Shown here one piece after another: positions 31,426 through 43,292 of a stretch of 64,000 nt of DNA. Numbering within the stretch: position 1 is the first letter of the stretch; each line of letters begins with the position of its first letter. A model generated the notes under the pieces. The model was given only the letters and a program-made list of their open reading frames with translations. It was not told the origin of the DNA and made no database searches. Made by a program: the position numbers and the translations under genes. Source of the DNA: Naegleria gruberi (taxonomy: Eukaryota); assembly GCA_000004985.1 (NCBI GenBank), contig GG738892.1. The stretch is one strand, 5' to 3'.

Positions 31426-33250
31426 TTAATAACCAAAATATCCACCAATGGATTTGGCAATACCCTTACTAGCATCATATAAACTATAACTCAATTGAAT
31501 GGTTTGTTCAGTGATGGATGGAGTGGTTCCAGGAGTAGTTGTTGAAACTGCAACTGATGCTGGTGGTTGCGAACGACACTTGGAATAGATTCCAATAGAA
31601 ATTGCTGAAATGGCACAAGCAGCAAGAGTTTGAACAGCATATTGCTTAATCTTGGCAATGAAATTCTCTCTATTCACATGCGTATTCCAAGCATCAGCAT
31701 AGGTCTTTTGTGGAGTGAAGGCAACCATATTGTACAATGGCTTGAATGCATTTACTTGTGGGAAGTTCTTGTGGAGGAAACGCATAACAGCTTGTTCCAA
31801 TAAGAATAATGGATCAGCAGTCTTTGATCTCATTACAATGAAATTGTGCAATGACAAGTTGAGAATGGCATCAGCTGAAGGTTTTCTTGTCAAACTGTAA
31901 TTTTCAAAAACAGCTTGAATGAGCTCTGAATTGAATGCAGTTGGCTTCAATCCTCTCTTACTTTGTTCCTCCTTGATAATATTTGAAAAGACGTGACAAT
32001 CTTCAAATCCACAATTTACTCCTTGTCCATAGAATGGAATAATTGCATGAGCTGTTAATATTGACAATGAATCGAATCGAATAGAATCGAATATTATTAA
32101 ATTAACATGAAAATATATTGTAAAATAACTTACAAGAATCACCTAACAAGATTAGTTTGTTATCATAATGATGTGGATTACATTGAACATAACTCAATGA
32201 ACTCGTTGGATTTCCATTCCAATCTTCCATAATATAAGATTTGACCATTTCATAGGCATCTGGGAATTGTTCACTAAAGAATTTACGAACATTGGTTTCC
32301 TTCATTTCAGGAGTCAATTCATCATAACTCTTACAATCTCCCAATTCAACACTTTCGAATGAAGGTTGATTGCTACTGGCAATAGATTCATCCTCACCAT
32401 AATCTCTCTTCTTGTATTGTCTCATAAAGAGAGTAACTGTGAAATCTCTAGTTGGATTTGGTAAGGCAATCAACATGAAATCACCACGTGGCCAAATATG
32501 CAAACAATCTGAACGCATCACATAATCACCAGTTTGTGCATTTGGTCTAATTGACAATTCCTTATAAGCATGTGAAATATAGGTCTGAGAACTTGAAAAA
32601 CGACAATTTGGATTATTTTGCATTTGTTGACGAACGAATGAATTCAATCCATCAGCTCCAATGATAAATTTACCAGTAACACTCTTCAATTCTCCCTCCT
32701 TATTCTTAAAATGCAAAATAGAGACACTCTCATTGTCCATTTTAGCATATTCAATCCTTGTTGGAGTGGCCTCAAATTCCACCTGTAAAACATTTGCAAA
32801 TTTCTTCTCCAATTCTTCCAATAAAAAACAATTCAAGTGATGTCTGCCAACACTCACAATGTATTCATCAGGAGAAATGCCATACGGTTGAAATCCAACT
32901 CGTGAGGTCTTTCCAAATTGATCCTCAAGAGAATCACTCTTCAAATCCTTCATGTGAATGCCACGACCTTTCATTTTCAATCCAACACTTTCGTCCTTGA
33001 AATGTTTAACAAATTCTTGATCAATTCCTCCCAAGGCTTTAAAAGCACGATGACTAATAGCCAAATTAATAGAACGTCCTTCATATTTATGGCTTCTATA
33101 ATCCTGTCTCTTGTCAATCAAGACAACTTTTTGTCCGTGATGTTGTGCCATATACAAAGCTGCCATACAGCCAACAAGACCTGCTCCATTGATGATGATT
33201 GGTAAATCTTGATAATTTGATGAAGAGGTATCAGTGAGTGGTGGTGCCAT
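31426..33250 (-). CDS. kynurenine 3-monooxygenase (FAD-dependent), 2 exons: join(31426..32051,32134..33250)
   Basis: N-terminal FAD fold IIINGAGLVGCMAALYMAQHHGQKVVLIDKR. Exon 1 ends ...LLGDS + t | GTAAGT, then an 82-nt intron and acceptor aacag|CT, giving [24 protein letters not shown], the KMO signature (HAMVPFYGQGMN.GFEDC). Confidence 0.8.
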
Positions 33251-33482
33251 TTTTTTTTAAATTATTTGTGTTTGGTTGACTTGATGGAATTTTTGTTTAT
33301 TTATGGTGTTATTTTGATTGAATGGAAAATTGATTGTAATTATCAGATCAGTTTGGATTTTGGGAAGAGAATGAGGAATGGATGATGATGAGAAGTAGCA
33401 GCAGAGAAGTAAATAGTTTAGAATAAAAAATTCACATTTCTCAGCTATTTATATGAAAAGAGAATATGATATAAAAAGGATT

Positions 33483-33554
33483 CTCCCATGCCGGGAATTG
33501 AACCCGGACCTCCTGGGTGAAAGCCAGGTATCCTAGCCATTGGACTACACGGGA
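33483..33554 (-). tRNA. tRNA-Glu (anticodon UUC), copy 2, identical to copy 1
   Basis: The same 72-nt sequence as 12545..12616 (plus-strand text ctcccatgccgggaattgaacccggacctcctgggtgaaagccaggtatcctagccattggactacacggga). The flanks are unrelated. Confidence 0.85.
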
Positions 33555-33813
33555 ATCTTGTTAACTTTTTCAATTGATTAATTATGAATTTTCTTCCACA
33601 CAGATTCTTTTTGGAAACGGATAAAGGAATTTTTGTAATGGACTATTTAAATATTGTAATCATTTTAACAAATGTCAAGGCTTACATGTAACATTTCGAG
33701 ATTTTTACTTTGGAAATCTTCCATCACAGATTCTTCACAAAATAAAATATCTTCAAAAAAAACAACTAAACCGCCACTTTCGAATAAAATCAATTATTTG
33801 AAAAAAGGACGAA

Positions 33814-34700
33814 ATGATGAGAACAGTGCAAAAACCAGTATTGTTCATTGTTATATTGATGGTTTGCATCATGACATGTTTAACGAAACAAGCCGAAAGT
33901 AAAGTTTCGTTAAAGATTGAAAAAGTTTCGTCTACTTTATCCGTAATTCCAAAGGACGATACCATTTCCCAGATCATGTGTGGTATGGTCGTTGGTATTG
34001 CTCAACAAGTAAGTACTTTTTCCTTTCCCACTAATTCGCTTATACGAAACTTGAATTTATTAGAAACTAGTCAAGGAAAAGAAATCAATGGACGAAACCG
34101 AACAAGATTTGATCAAATTCTGCTCACTTTCTTCATTCAGTAAGAATGTAACCATGATGAATATGTGTCATGACATGGCGCTGTCATTTGTCCCACACGT
34201 GATTAGTGAAATCTTGATTGCACATCAAGAACCACTTGCCATCTGTCAAAGACAAAAACGTGGTATTGAATATGCTCTTACTCGTGTTAGAGAACAAAAT
34301 CAGACAATTGTTTGTAATATTTGTCAATTACTGGTCTATGAAGTTGGTAAGTTGACCAAAAAATTGTAATTTTCATTGTAACCTTGATCCAAATGTAGAA
34401 CTTTTTATTGCACAAAACGAATCTCTGAATCAATTAGCATACAAATTAGATGAAGTTTGCTCAACAGTCCCAGAAACCTATCAAGGATTATGTGTCTACA
34501 CTGTCGAACAATATTTACCAAGTTTCATCAAAATGGTGGAATCTGAACTCTCTCCAATTTCTTCATGTAGAATGATTGGGTACTGCCCAACAACTGATAA
34601 TTTGAGTAAATTCAAACCAATTCTGAAAAATAATACAGTGCAGAAGAAGGAATATCATGGATGTGGAAAGAGAAGATTGGAAAAACAAATTCTTAATTGA
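33814..34700 (+). CDS. secreted saposin-like protein (two saposin-B-type domains), 3 exons: join(33814..34008,34064..34346,34399..34700)
   Basis: ATG then signal peptide MMRTVQKPVLFIVILMVCIMTCLTKQ. Donors are caa|GTAAGT and gttg|GTAAGT, acceptors ttattag| and aatgtag|. The spliced product carries the paired cysteine spacing of saposin folds (ICGMVVGIAQQ...FCS...MCHDMALSFVPHVISEI...AICQ...IVCNICQLLVYEV; VCSTVPETYQGLCVYTVEQYLPSFIKMVE...SSCRMIGYC). Confidence 0.6.
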
Positions 34701-34879
34701 TAGATATATCTTCTTTTGTATGAAATTGAAGCTAACTGAAATGATCATGGAATGTTACATTACTTGTATTTTTATATTTTAAATTGTTGTCGTGTGAAAA
34801 TAAACATTTAATATTGAAATGGGTTTACTGAACTAGTGTGTGAGAGTCTTTTGATATTTGTAATTTTTATCAGAAAAAA

Positions 34880-35479
34880 ATGAGTAAACAAGCAGAAGAG
34901 GAATTATCGACCGATCCAGCACAAGTCATTCTAGTTTATTCCGATAAAAGAAAGAAAGAAATTCGAATAATTAATCAAGAGGAAATTGAAACAGCCGAAA
35001 CTAAACCCTTTCTATATTTGGGCGATTCAGATGCTGCTTTAATTTCTCATCTCAACAAGAACAAACACATCACTCACATTCTAAATGTTACCAAGGAATT
35101 GAAACTTCCCAATCTAGCTCATTTGACAACTTTGCAAATTCCAATTCAGGACGAAGTTGGTTGCGATATTGGAAAGCATTTTCCATCCATTGTGGAGTTT
35201 ATTCGAAACTGTTTGAAAGAGAAAGGTTGCGTGTTGGTTCATTGCTATTCTGGAATTTCAAGATCTTCTTCGATGGTTGCTGCTTTTTTGATGAACTACT
35301 TTCGAATGGAAGTTGACGAAAGTTTGCTGTACATTAGATCTAGAAGGAAGGTTATTTGTCCAAATCCTGGTTTCGTGACTGCATTGAATGATTATGAAAA
35401 GTTATTGAAATCTGCTCCACAAGACGACAATCAAGACAATTCCAAACAAAACGAAACTAAAAACTGCACAGTTCAATAA
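34880..35479 (+). CDS. dual-specificity protein phosphatase (199 aa)
   Basis: ATG start. Catalytic loop VHCYSGISRSSSMVAAFLM (HCxxGxxRS) preceded by DEVGCDIGKHF. Intron-less. Confidence 0.8.
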   Translation: MSKQAEEELSTDPAQVILVYSDKRKKEIRIINQEEIETAETKPFLYLGDSDAALISHLNKNKHITHILNVTKELKLPNLAHLTTLQIPIQDEVGCDIGKHFPSIVEFIRNCLKEKGCVLVHCYSGISRSSSMVAAFLMNYFRMEVDESLLYIRSRRKVICPNPGFVTALNDYEKLLKSAPQDDNQDNSKQNETKNCTVQ

Positions 35480-35579
35480 CTAGTTAACTTGTTTGGGATA
35501 TTTTGAAAGTCATGTACTATTGTAATAATTTAATTAATAGGGTTTTTTACAAAATCTGATAGATATATGAGAATAGTTA

Positions 35580-38014
35580 TCAATTATAGAGTTTGGTTCC
35601 TCTATCATAACCTAATAAAAGGAACATGTTCATATTTTGAACTAATAATCTACCTTCCTCAATGGTTTCAATCTTTTTCAAAAAGGAAACACTCAAAAGT
35701 CTCATCATTTCAGATGAGTGCAATGTACAAATGGCAATAGGTTCGATGCCTCCTTCATTTTCAGGAAGGAAGGTCAAGAATTCCAGAATTTCTTCTCTTG
35801 TATTCACATGTTTGATAAAGGTTTGGAATATGGATATTAATTCCTCCTCTGGTAAGGTTTTCTTTCTCAATTTTTGGATGGCACTCTCAATGTTGAGTGT
35901 TTCAGTAGAGATGTGAACTTGTCTTCTTCCTGAACGATAGATTCTCTTATTCTCCTTGAAGGATAGTGTAGATCTCCATGCAAGGGCCTTCTTGATGTTA
36001 TCAGTTACAGCTTCTTGATTGCTTGGAACAGAGCCATGATATAATTGTTGTTGATAGAGAATTTGTTTTTCTTGATCAAATGCCAAATCAATGATAGACT
36101 TGGAGTAGGAATAGAATTTAGAACGAATCAAATCTTCCAACATTTCAAAATTGTTTGATTTTGGTGTTCTGAATTGAATAAGTTCAATAATTTCCTTGAT
36201 AAATTGCAAGTCATCGTTGGTGAGGAAACAAATATCATCAAATGTTTTTGGTTTGTTCACACCAACTGAAACGCCAATGGTATCGATAATGTCCATAGTA
36301 TCCATCAGCATGGATCCAAACAAGGACTTGTCCTGTTGATTGGAAATATTTTTCACATCCATGCTGTTAACTTTGGAACCTCTTCTCTTTCTCAATTCCT
36401 TCTTTTCCTTCTTTTCCTGCTTTTTAACTTCCTTTCTCACTTCATTGATGGTTTGGCTGACCTTAACTTCCATCTTGTCAATATCGACCAAGAGATCATA
36501 ATATTCCTCTCTCTGGGCAAACATTGGATTACAAACACCAACAATGTAACCTTCCACATCCAAAAATTCCAAATTTGAAAAACTAGCATATGGGAATGTT
36601 CTCTTCTTTAACAAATCATGTAAGAATGGGAACATTACCAATGAGGACAAGAGGGTGTTTACAACTTGTCCAGCCAATTGTTGACCACTGAAGAAAACAA
36701 TTCTCTTCTGATAGAGAATTGCATTGAAAATAAGCATGGTATTTTCCTTGAAATTAGTCACCAATCTACACAAGCTGGTTTGTGTAATACCGTTGAGTTG
36801 ATATTGTATCTCATTATCTGAGAGACAGATTGGTATTGAAGTTGGAAATTGTTCAACCTTATTTCCATACTGATATCTGATCATTAAATTATGTGTAGTG
36901 TGCTTCTTCTTGGCAATGGTATATCTCCAAAATAATTTTTCTTGGGCAGTGTATAATTTCATTGATGACAAGTCAATACTATTACAAGTTTCGAATATGT
37001 GTTCAACAAGTGTTTGAACAAGACCATCAATAAGATCCGTCTGTTGTAAATTATTTTCTGATAGTGAAGATGGTAAACTTTCATTTTCATCCTTTTTCCT
37101 TTCCTTGCTGTATGCAGTATGATCATAGGCATCAAAGATGTGATCCAATGCTTTACTCAATAAATCTCTAAGTGAAAAACAATATGGATGCTTTGATACA
37201 ATAGCAAGACTCTTGACACGAGCAGCTCTTCTCAAACCTTTCATCAATTTCCACATAAATAATAATAATTGAAATAAATAACATTTTGTAATTGTTATTC
37301 CTAATCAATCACACAGTGATACTCACCTTCATATTTCTTTTGTTTTTGTACATTTAATACATAGTAGAAAATTTCTTCCTTCTTTGATTGTTCAGTAATC
37401 ACTTGATCCGACGACAAAATTGTTGATTCTAAACTTGTATTCAAATCAACCTTCTCTACCACTTCCTGACTATTTCTTGGTGATGATTTAGCTTCCTCAC
37501 CACCATCATTACTACCATTACTCAATATACTAGAATTATTATTTCCACTATTACTATTATTTAACGATGATGCTGATGTATTATTTTCGTTATGGTGATT
37601 ATTATTAATTTCATTATTTCCTCTCAAGAAGAAAACGGTTGTATCTTCAATACAATTATGAGATCCATCCGGAAGCATTAGATTAGCAATGGAATATTCT
37701 GTAGCGTATGGATAGGGTGATGGATATTGTACTTTAACAATGGATCCTTTATCGATATCAAACTCTGCCAAGAAGATGTATTCAATGCCCATATTCTTAA
37801 TGATTTGAAGTGAAGAGTCGTTTGATGAGTTTTGTGGAGAAGTTATTGTTGTTGTTGTTGTATTATTGTTGATATTAGTTGAATCTTCCAGCGAGATCAG
37901 ACTATCGGAGGAGATACATGATGAGATGATGTTGGGAAGAGCAGAGGAAGGAGTTGATGGGATCATTTTTTGTAAATTGTTGTTTTCCAATTGCTCATTA
38001 GCATTTCCTTTCAT
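35580..38014 (-). CDS. AVL9/DENN-domain-like protein, 2 exons: join(35580..37237,37327..38014)
   Basis: Exon 1 (ATG at 38012-38014) has a uDENN/AVL9-like N-terminus (YIFLAEFDIDKGSIVKVQYP...TEYSIANLMLPDGSHNCIEDTTVFFL) and ends KKYE + g | GTGAGT. An 89-nt intron with acceptor gaaag|GT joins the second frame (GLRRAARVKSLAIV...) with a DENN-like core. Confidence 0.6.
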
Positions 38015-38309
38015 CTATCTTCATCATATTTGAAAAAGAATTAAAATTTTAATAAATAATTGAAAAAAATTAGAGCACGGAAAAAGCCGCACGTAAATTG
38101 TAAAATTGTGTTGTTGATGATGATTTGAAGTTGAAAATCCGCGGTAGCATTAATAGTTGCTACCTCTTCTTTTCGCACAAATTGAAAACAAATATATTTA
38201 GAGAATGAAACTCTTCATAAAAAAAATAGAACACACACTCTTAAATATTGCAAAATAGTATTCTATATTTAAATAATCAATTAATTGGTAGGATTTAATA
38301 ATTTAGAAA

Positions 38310-39310
38310 TGATTTCGGAATACTCACAAGAAGAAACCTCCCTCATTATTGATTCATGTTTTGAAATGATTAAAATAATGGGTGAGGCTCATAGGAACCT
38401 TACTAGTGTTGAAACTTCTTCCGATGGAAAAGAATCAATGATTTGCATCAAGCCTGAATATAAACAAGTGGACGATCCTGCACAATATTATGCTACGAGA
38501 GGAGAGGAACATCCACTTCAACTCATGGAATCAATAAGAAAACAAGCTGATTTGGCCTTTCTGTTATTGTTCCTTCCCGATACTAGATGTAAATCTTTAA
38601 AATTGGTGGACGGAAAATTGGAGAGTAATTTGGAGGAGATGAAACAACTTGGATTGGTCAATGAAGATGGCACCAAACTCACTAGATATGCATACCTTCA
38701 TGAAAAGTTGAATATTTCCTTCTCGTATCTTTACTATGCATTGATTTATCATTTGCATAAAGATAACACTCAATATTTAAATGATAAATTGGACAAGATG
38801 ACAAGAGAATTGAATTATAAGAGTGTTACACAACCTTTTAATTTGTTGAATTTTGGAAAAGTCTATTTTGGAAATGCAGATTTTGTTGTAAAGACAGTAG
38901 AAACTAAGGAGGAAATGGCAAAGATAATTGACTGTGTCCAAGATGGATTTGCATCAATGAGTGCTGGACCAATGAGTTCAGAAATTGTCATGAGTGGTCA
39001 ATATCCACTTCATGATGCCAATTATGATTGGGTATTTGTAATGGAATCGGATGGAAGCATTGTGTCAACAGGTCAAGTTTTCTATGGAGAGAAAACGCAC
39101 TATGTTAATAATGTTTGTACTCGGCCAAGAAGTAGAGGAAAGGGATATGCCTCTTTCGTCATGACAGCAATTATTGAGCTGTGTAAGGAAAAATCAAAGG
39201 ATAAACCACTCATTCTCCAAGCCTCTCCAAAAGGATTGAAAATGTATCATCAACTAGGTTTTGATTATCGTTTTGATTATGAAATTGGATTATTCATTCC
39301 ATATCAATAA
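38310..39310 (+). CDS. GNAT-family N-acetyltransferase
   Basis: The track ORF starts at TTG (38285). The first ATG is at 38310 (MISEYSQEE...). C-terminal GNAT motif A (VCTRPRSRGKGYASFVMTAIIELCKE, i.e. R.RG.G.A). Confidence 0.6.
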
Positions 39311-39497
39311 TTCAAGCATAGTATCCTCATGATTTCAACAACAGAATAAAGTGTTAATTCCTTGAAACCACACGTTAATAGTGCAAGAATAAGTTAACAA
39401 CCAAGTTCTCAAATGCAGTGACAATGTGAACAAAAGGCAAGATTCACAATTGTAAACAAGTCAAGTGTCATTATGACGTTGATAGTACACTGACAAT

Positions 39498-40481
39498 TTG
39501 ATTATTCTCATCATAATTATTAAAAAAATGTCTCAACTCACACCACAACAACTCCAAGAAATTGAATCTGCCTTCAAAAAGTTCGACAAGGACAATTCCA
39601 AAACCATCGACAAACAAGAACTCAAGGATCTTTTGGAAACCACCTTGAAAACCAATCTCTCACAGAAAATGTTGGAAAAGGTTTGTTTTATTCGCTCTAT
39701 CATCCATTGTTGTTGACCACAATATGTGTAAACTGCTTTTATATTACTGGTGTGAATTTAAATTTTTATGATGATCAAAAACAATATTTGATTTCTGTTA
39801 TCCGTTGTGTTGAATCGGATTGATGATATTGGACAATACTGATAACATAATTCATCGTATTGTACTTTTTTTTATTGTTGTGACCATGTGTGTGAAAATG
39901 CAAATGAATCTAAAAAATAACAATGTTGTTGATGAATTTTAAATATGGGACAATTAATAATTGGATAGTACGTTGATGTGCAATTCCAAAAGAACGACAA
40001 GGATAAGAATCAAGTTATTGATTTCAATGAATTTGTCAAATTGTACACAACCTTGTACTTTTCACCTGAATTGCCAATTTCCATGAAAGTTCAATACAAT
40101 GTCAAGAAGAATTATGCTGAACCTCACACTAATTCACCATCAGGTTCTGGATTGGAATCCAAACTCTTACAAAAGAAACCACTCAGTGAACAAGAAAGAA
40201 TCAAAGCCAAGCAAACTTTTGATAAATTTGATTTGGACAAGTCAGGAACAATTGACAGAAGTGAAATGGCTAAATTATTGGAATCTGTTTACAATGAAAA
40301 TGGAAAAATGTCAAAGGTTTTGTTCAATCGTTTGGTGGAAATGCACATGCAAAAGGCAGGTGATGACAATGTCTTTTCATTCGATGAATTTTTGAGTATT
40401 TATAGAAACATTTTCGGAGAGGATGATCCAGCTAGTGAAGGAGGTGTTCCAAAGCAAGGTTTTGTTCTCCCTGGCATGTAA
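39498..40481 (+). CDS. four-EF-hand calcium-binding protein, 2 exons: join(39498..39680,39969..40481)
   Basis: Exon 1 is MSQLTPQQLQEIESAFKKFDKDNSKTIDKQELKDLL...MLEK | GTTTGT. A 288-nt intron ends with acceptor ttggatag|TA. EF loops are DKDNSKTIDKQE, NDKDKNQVIDFNEF, DLDKSGTIDRSE and AGDDNVFSFDEF. Confidence 0.75.
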
Positions 40482-40591
40482 TTCTCTTTCAATATTCCAT
40501 TGTAATACTATTAATAATATTTAACTATTTTAAATATTATTTAAAAATTTGTAATAAAGTGGAATCGATTTGGATTCCTTTTAGAAAAAAA

Positions 40592-43292
40592 ATGTCTCAA
40601 CACGAACGATTTAATTTCGATAATTCGGAGGAGGATGATTTAGAATTGATGGAAAATCTTCCTCGTGATGATGAAGATGAAGATGAAACTCTACAAACAA
40701 CAAGAAGAACAAGAATACAAAACGAAGTAAATTATAACTATAACAATAGAAAGAAGGGAATTTCTCAAACTCTAATTCAACCCGTGCTCGGATTATTGTA
40801 CAGAAAACTCATGCTCTTGAAACGCGATTGGAAAAATTCAATCATGATGATCATGTTTCCCTTGCTATTTATTGTATTAATTATATTGAGTCATATATCG
40901 TATAGACAATTATTTAAGAATTCAATGAATCCGTATGAGGCTGGAACGGAAGAGTATTACAAATGGATGGCTGATAATTCGCCTGTTTTCTTGTTGGGTC
41001 AGATGGGTAAACCAAGTAAGGCTGCTTTAATGAGTGATTTTTCGACAATACCAACTGAGAAGGAAAAAACATTTTGCATGGCTATGGTTGCGAATGGCCA
41101 ATTGTTGAAGGATAAGAATGGTAAAAAATTAATGCAAACCATTGAGAGAAGGTTGACTAATTTCATGTCTTTTTATGTGGATTTTAGAACTTTTTCAAGT
41201 ATGATGGAAATGGAAGAGGCAATGAAGAGTTCATCTGAAACTGACTATTATTTTGGAGGATATATTTTCCATCAATTGGATTTTGATTCTATGGATTTTA
41301 ATGTTACTGTCATGTATAAGAATTCAGATATGGCCACTTTGCCAACTCTTTCTCAATTGGTTCAACAAACTATTTTGGATATAGCCAGTGCTCCAAAGCA
41401 GTATAACGAAACAAGATTGGAATCTATTTTCCCATCAATTGGTATCCAATCGATTGCGTTTGGAGATCCAATATCATTGTTATTTTTGGAAAATACTATT
41501 TATTATTTGGTTATTCCAATGGTATTTATTCTTCCTCAAATAGTTTCAAATATTGTTGCTGAGGAGGAAAAGGAAACCAAGGTTCAACTCTTACTCAGCT
41601 CTGTATCAAAGAAAATGTACTGGTTCTCACATATTGTTTTTGATTCCACCCTACTGTTAATTATTTCTCTCATACAAATAATTGGAGGTACATTCATAGC
41701 ACAAGCGAAGGCATTCACAGATAATTCACCATTTGCTTATCTTTCTCTCTATTTATTTTATTCAATTTATTTCTTGACCTTTGCTTACATGTTCAGTTAC
41801 TTTTTCAAGAAGGTTGAAGATTCTCAAAGTGAGTTTTATTAACATTAATTTATTTACGATAATAATTTAAGAATGGTCTGGTTTTATTGTATCACTGACA
41901 GTAGTATTTACTTTCCTTGTATTCAAATTTTTATTTGGATACGAGACTAGTATGGCACTCAAGATTTTCTTGTGCTTTGTCATTCCTGGTTGGAATCTTT
42001 TTTACGGACTTTCAATTTTAGGACTTGCTGCTTATAATGGAACACCAATTTCATTCCTTGACATTATTTTATTTAGAAATCATGGATCTGAGATGTCTGT
42101 ATTATTGATTGTTATTATCATTTCGAGTCTTTTGAATGTTTTTGTAATGCTATCTCTTGAATACTTTGAATATTTGAAGAGAAAGCCAAATTCTTGGATT
42201 AACAGAATTATTCCTTCCTTTATTAGAAGAAAGGTACAAATGGACACTAACGAATTACCAGTTAGTGAAGTTGAACTCCAAGAAATGATTGAAAAATACT
42301 CTAATGCAGACGAAATCTTTGGTGAGAGTGAAGAGGAATCATTGGGAGGATATTCTCTCCTTGTGGAAAACGTTTTCAAATGGTATGGTGACTATTGCGC
42401 TCTTAAATCGGTCAATTTAGGGGTAAGGAAAGGAGAAATTTTTGGCTTGCTTGGTAAGAATGGTAGCTCAAAAACAACCCTATTGAAATGTATTTGTGGA
42501 TTGTCTGGAATTAGTAGAGGAAAAATATCAATTAATGGTACAAGCGTTTTTGAGAATTTCTCTGCAGAACATAGTTTGGGTGTCTGTCCTCAAAATAATA
42601 GATTGTATGAGAATTTAACAGTGTGGGAACATTTAAAGACCTATCATTTAATTCGTGGAACCTATTCCTTTGCAAATGTAACCCAATGCTTGAATACTTA
42701 CAAATTTGCTCCAGAAGATGCCAACAAAACTGTAAAGGAATTATCAGGAGGTATGAAACGTAAATTATCAGTTGCTTTGGCATTCATTGGTTCTGCTAAT
42801 TTGATTCTTCTCGACGAGCCTACATCATCTCTGGATGTTGCTACCAGAAGAGTTATTTGGTCAATTATCAAACAAATGCAAGAAAGTCACTCTATCATTC
42901 TAACTTCTCACTCTATGGAGGAAACAGAACATTTATGTAATAGAATTGGTATTATTGTTGAAGGTAAGATGGCAACAATTGGAACAAAGAATGCTCTCAA
43001 AGACAAGTATGGAAAATTCTACAAGGTCGTTATTACCAACTATGATGAAGACAATGTGGAAAGAACAAACGACTTTGTGAGAAATACTTTTGGAGAAGAG
43101 AATGTTCGCTTATTGAATCAAGTTGGAAGAACTCAAACTTTCGAAGTGTCTAACTCCATACCAATCTATGAAATCTTTGGAGAAATTAATTCACATTTGG
43201 ATGAGTATGGAATTGAAGATTATTCTGTCAGTAACACAACATTAGAGCAAGTATTTTTGAACTTTTCAAATGTTGGAGTTGTGAAAAACTAG
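40592..43292 (+). CDS. ABC transporter, TMD-NBD half-size (ABCA-like), 2 exons: join(40592..41828,41872..43292)
   Basis: The first ATG is at 40592 (the track start at 40559 is GTG). The TMD carries an ABCA-like LLKRDWKN motif and a large loop after TM1. Donor caaa|GTGAGT, a 43-nt intron and acceptor ttaag|AA continue the TM region. The NBD has Walker A GLLGKNGSSKTT, signature LSGGMKRKLSVA and Walker B ILLDEPTSSLD. Confidence 0.7.

Noticed and set aside
37238-37326. A 26-nt mini-intron (GTGAGT..ttag) joining the two AVL9 ORFs
   Set aside because: Too short for spliceosomal introns. The 89-nt alternative, using acceptor gaaag|GT at 37237/37238, gives the same reading frame and is preferred.
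39681-39968. 288-nt sequence between the two EF-hand ORFs as a possible independent element or ncRNA
   Set aside because: It starts with GTTTGT immediately after a codon boundary and ends with TAG in the right phase to fuse the two EF-hand halves. It is parsimoniously an intron.
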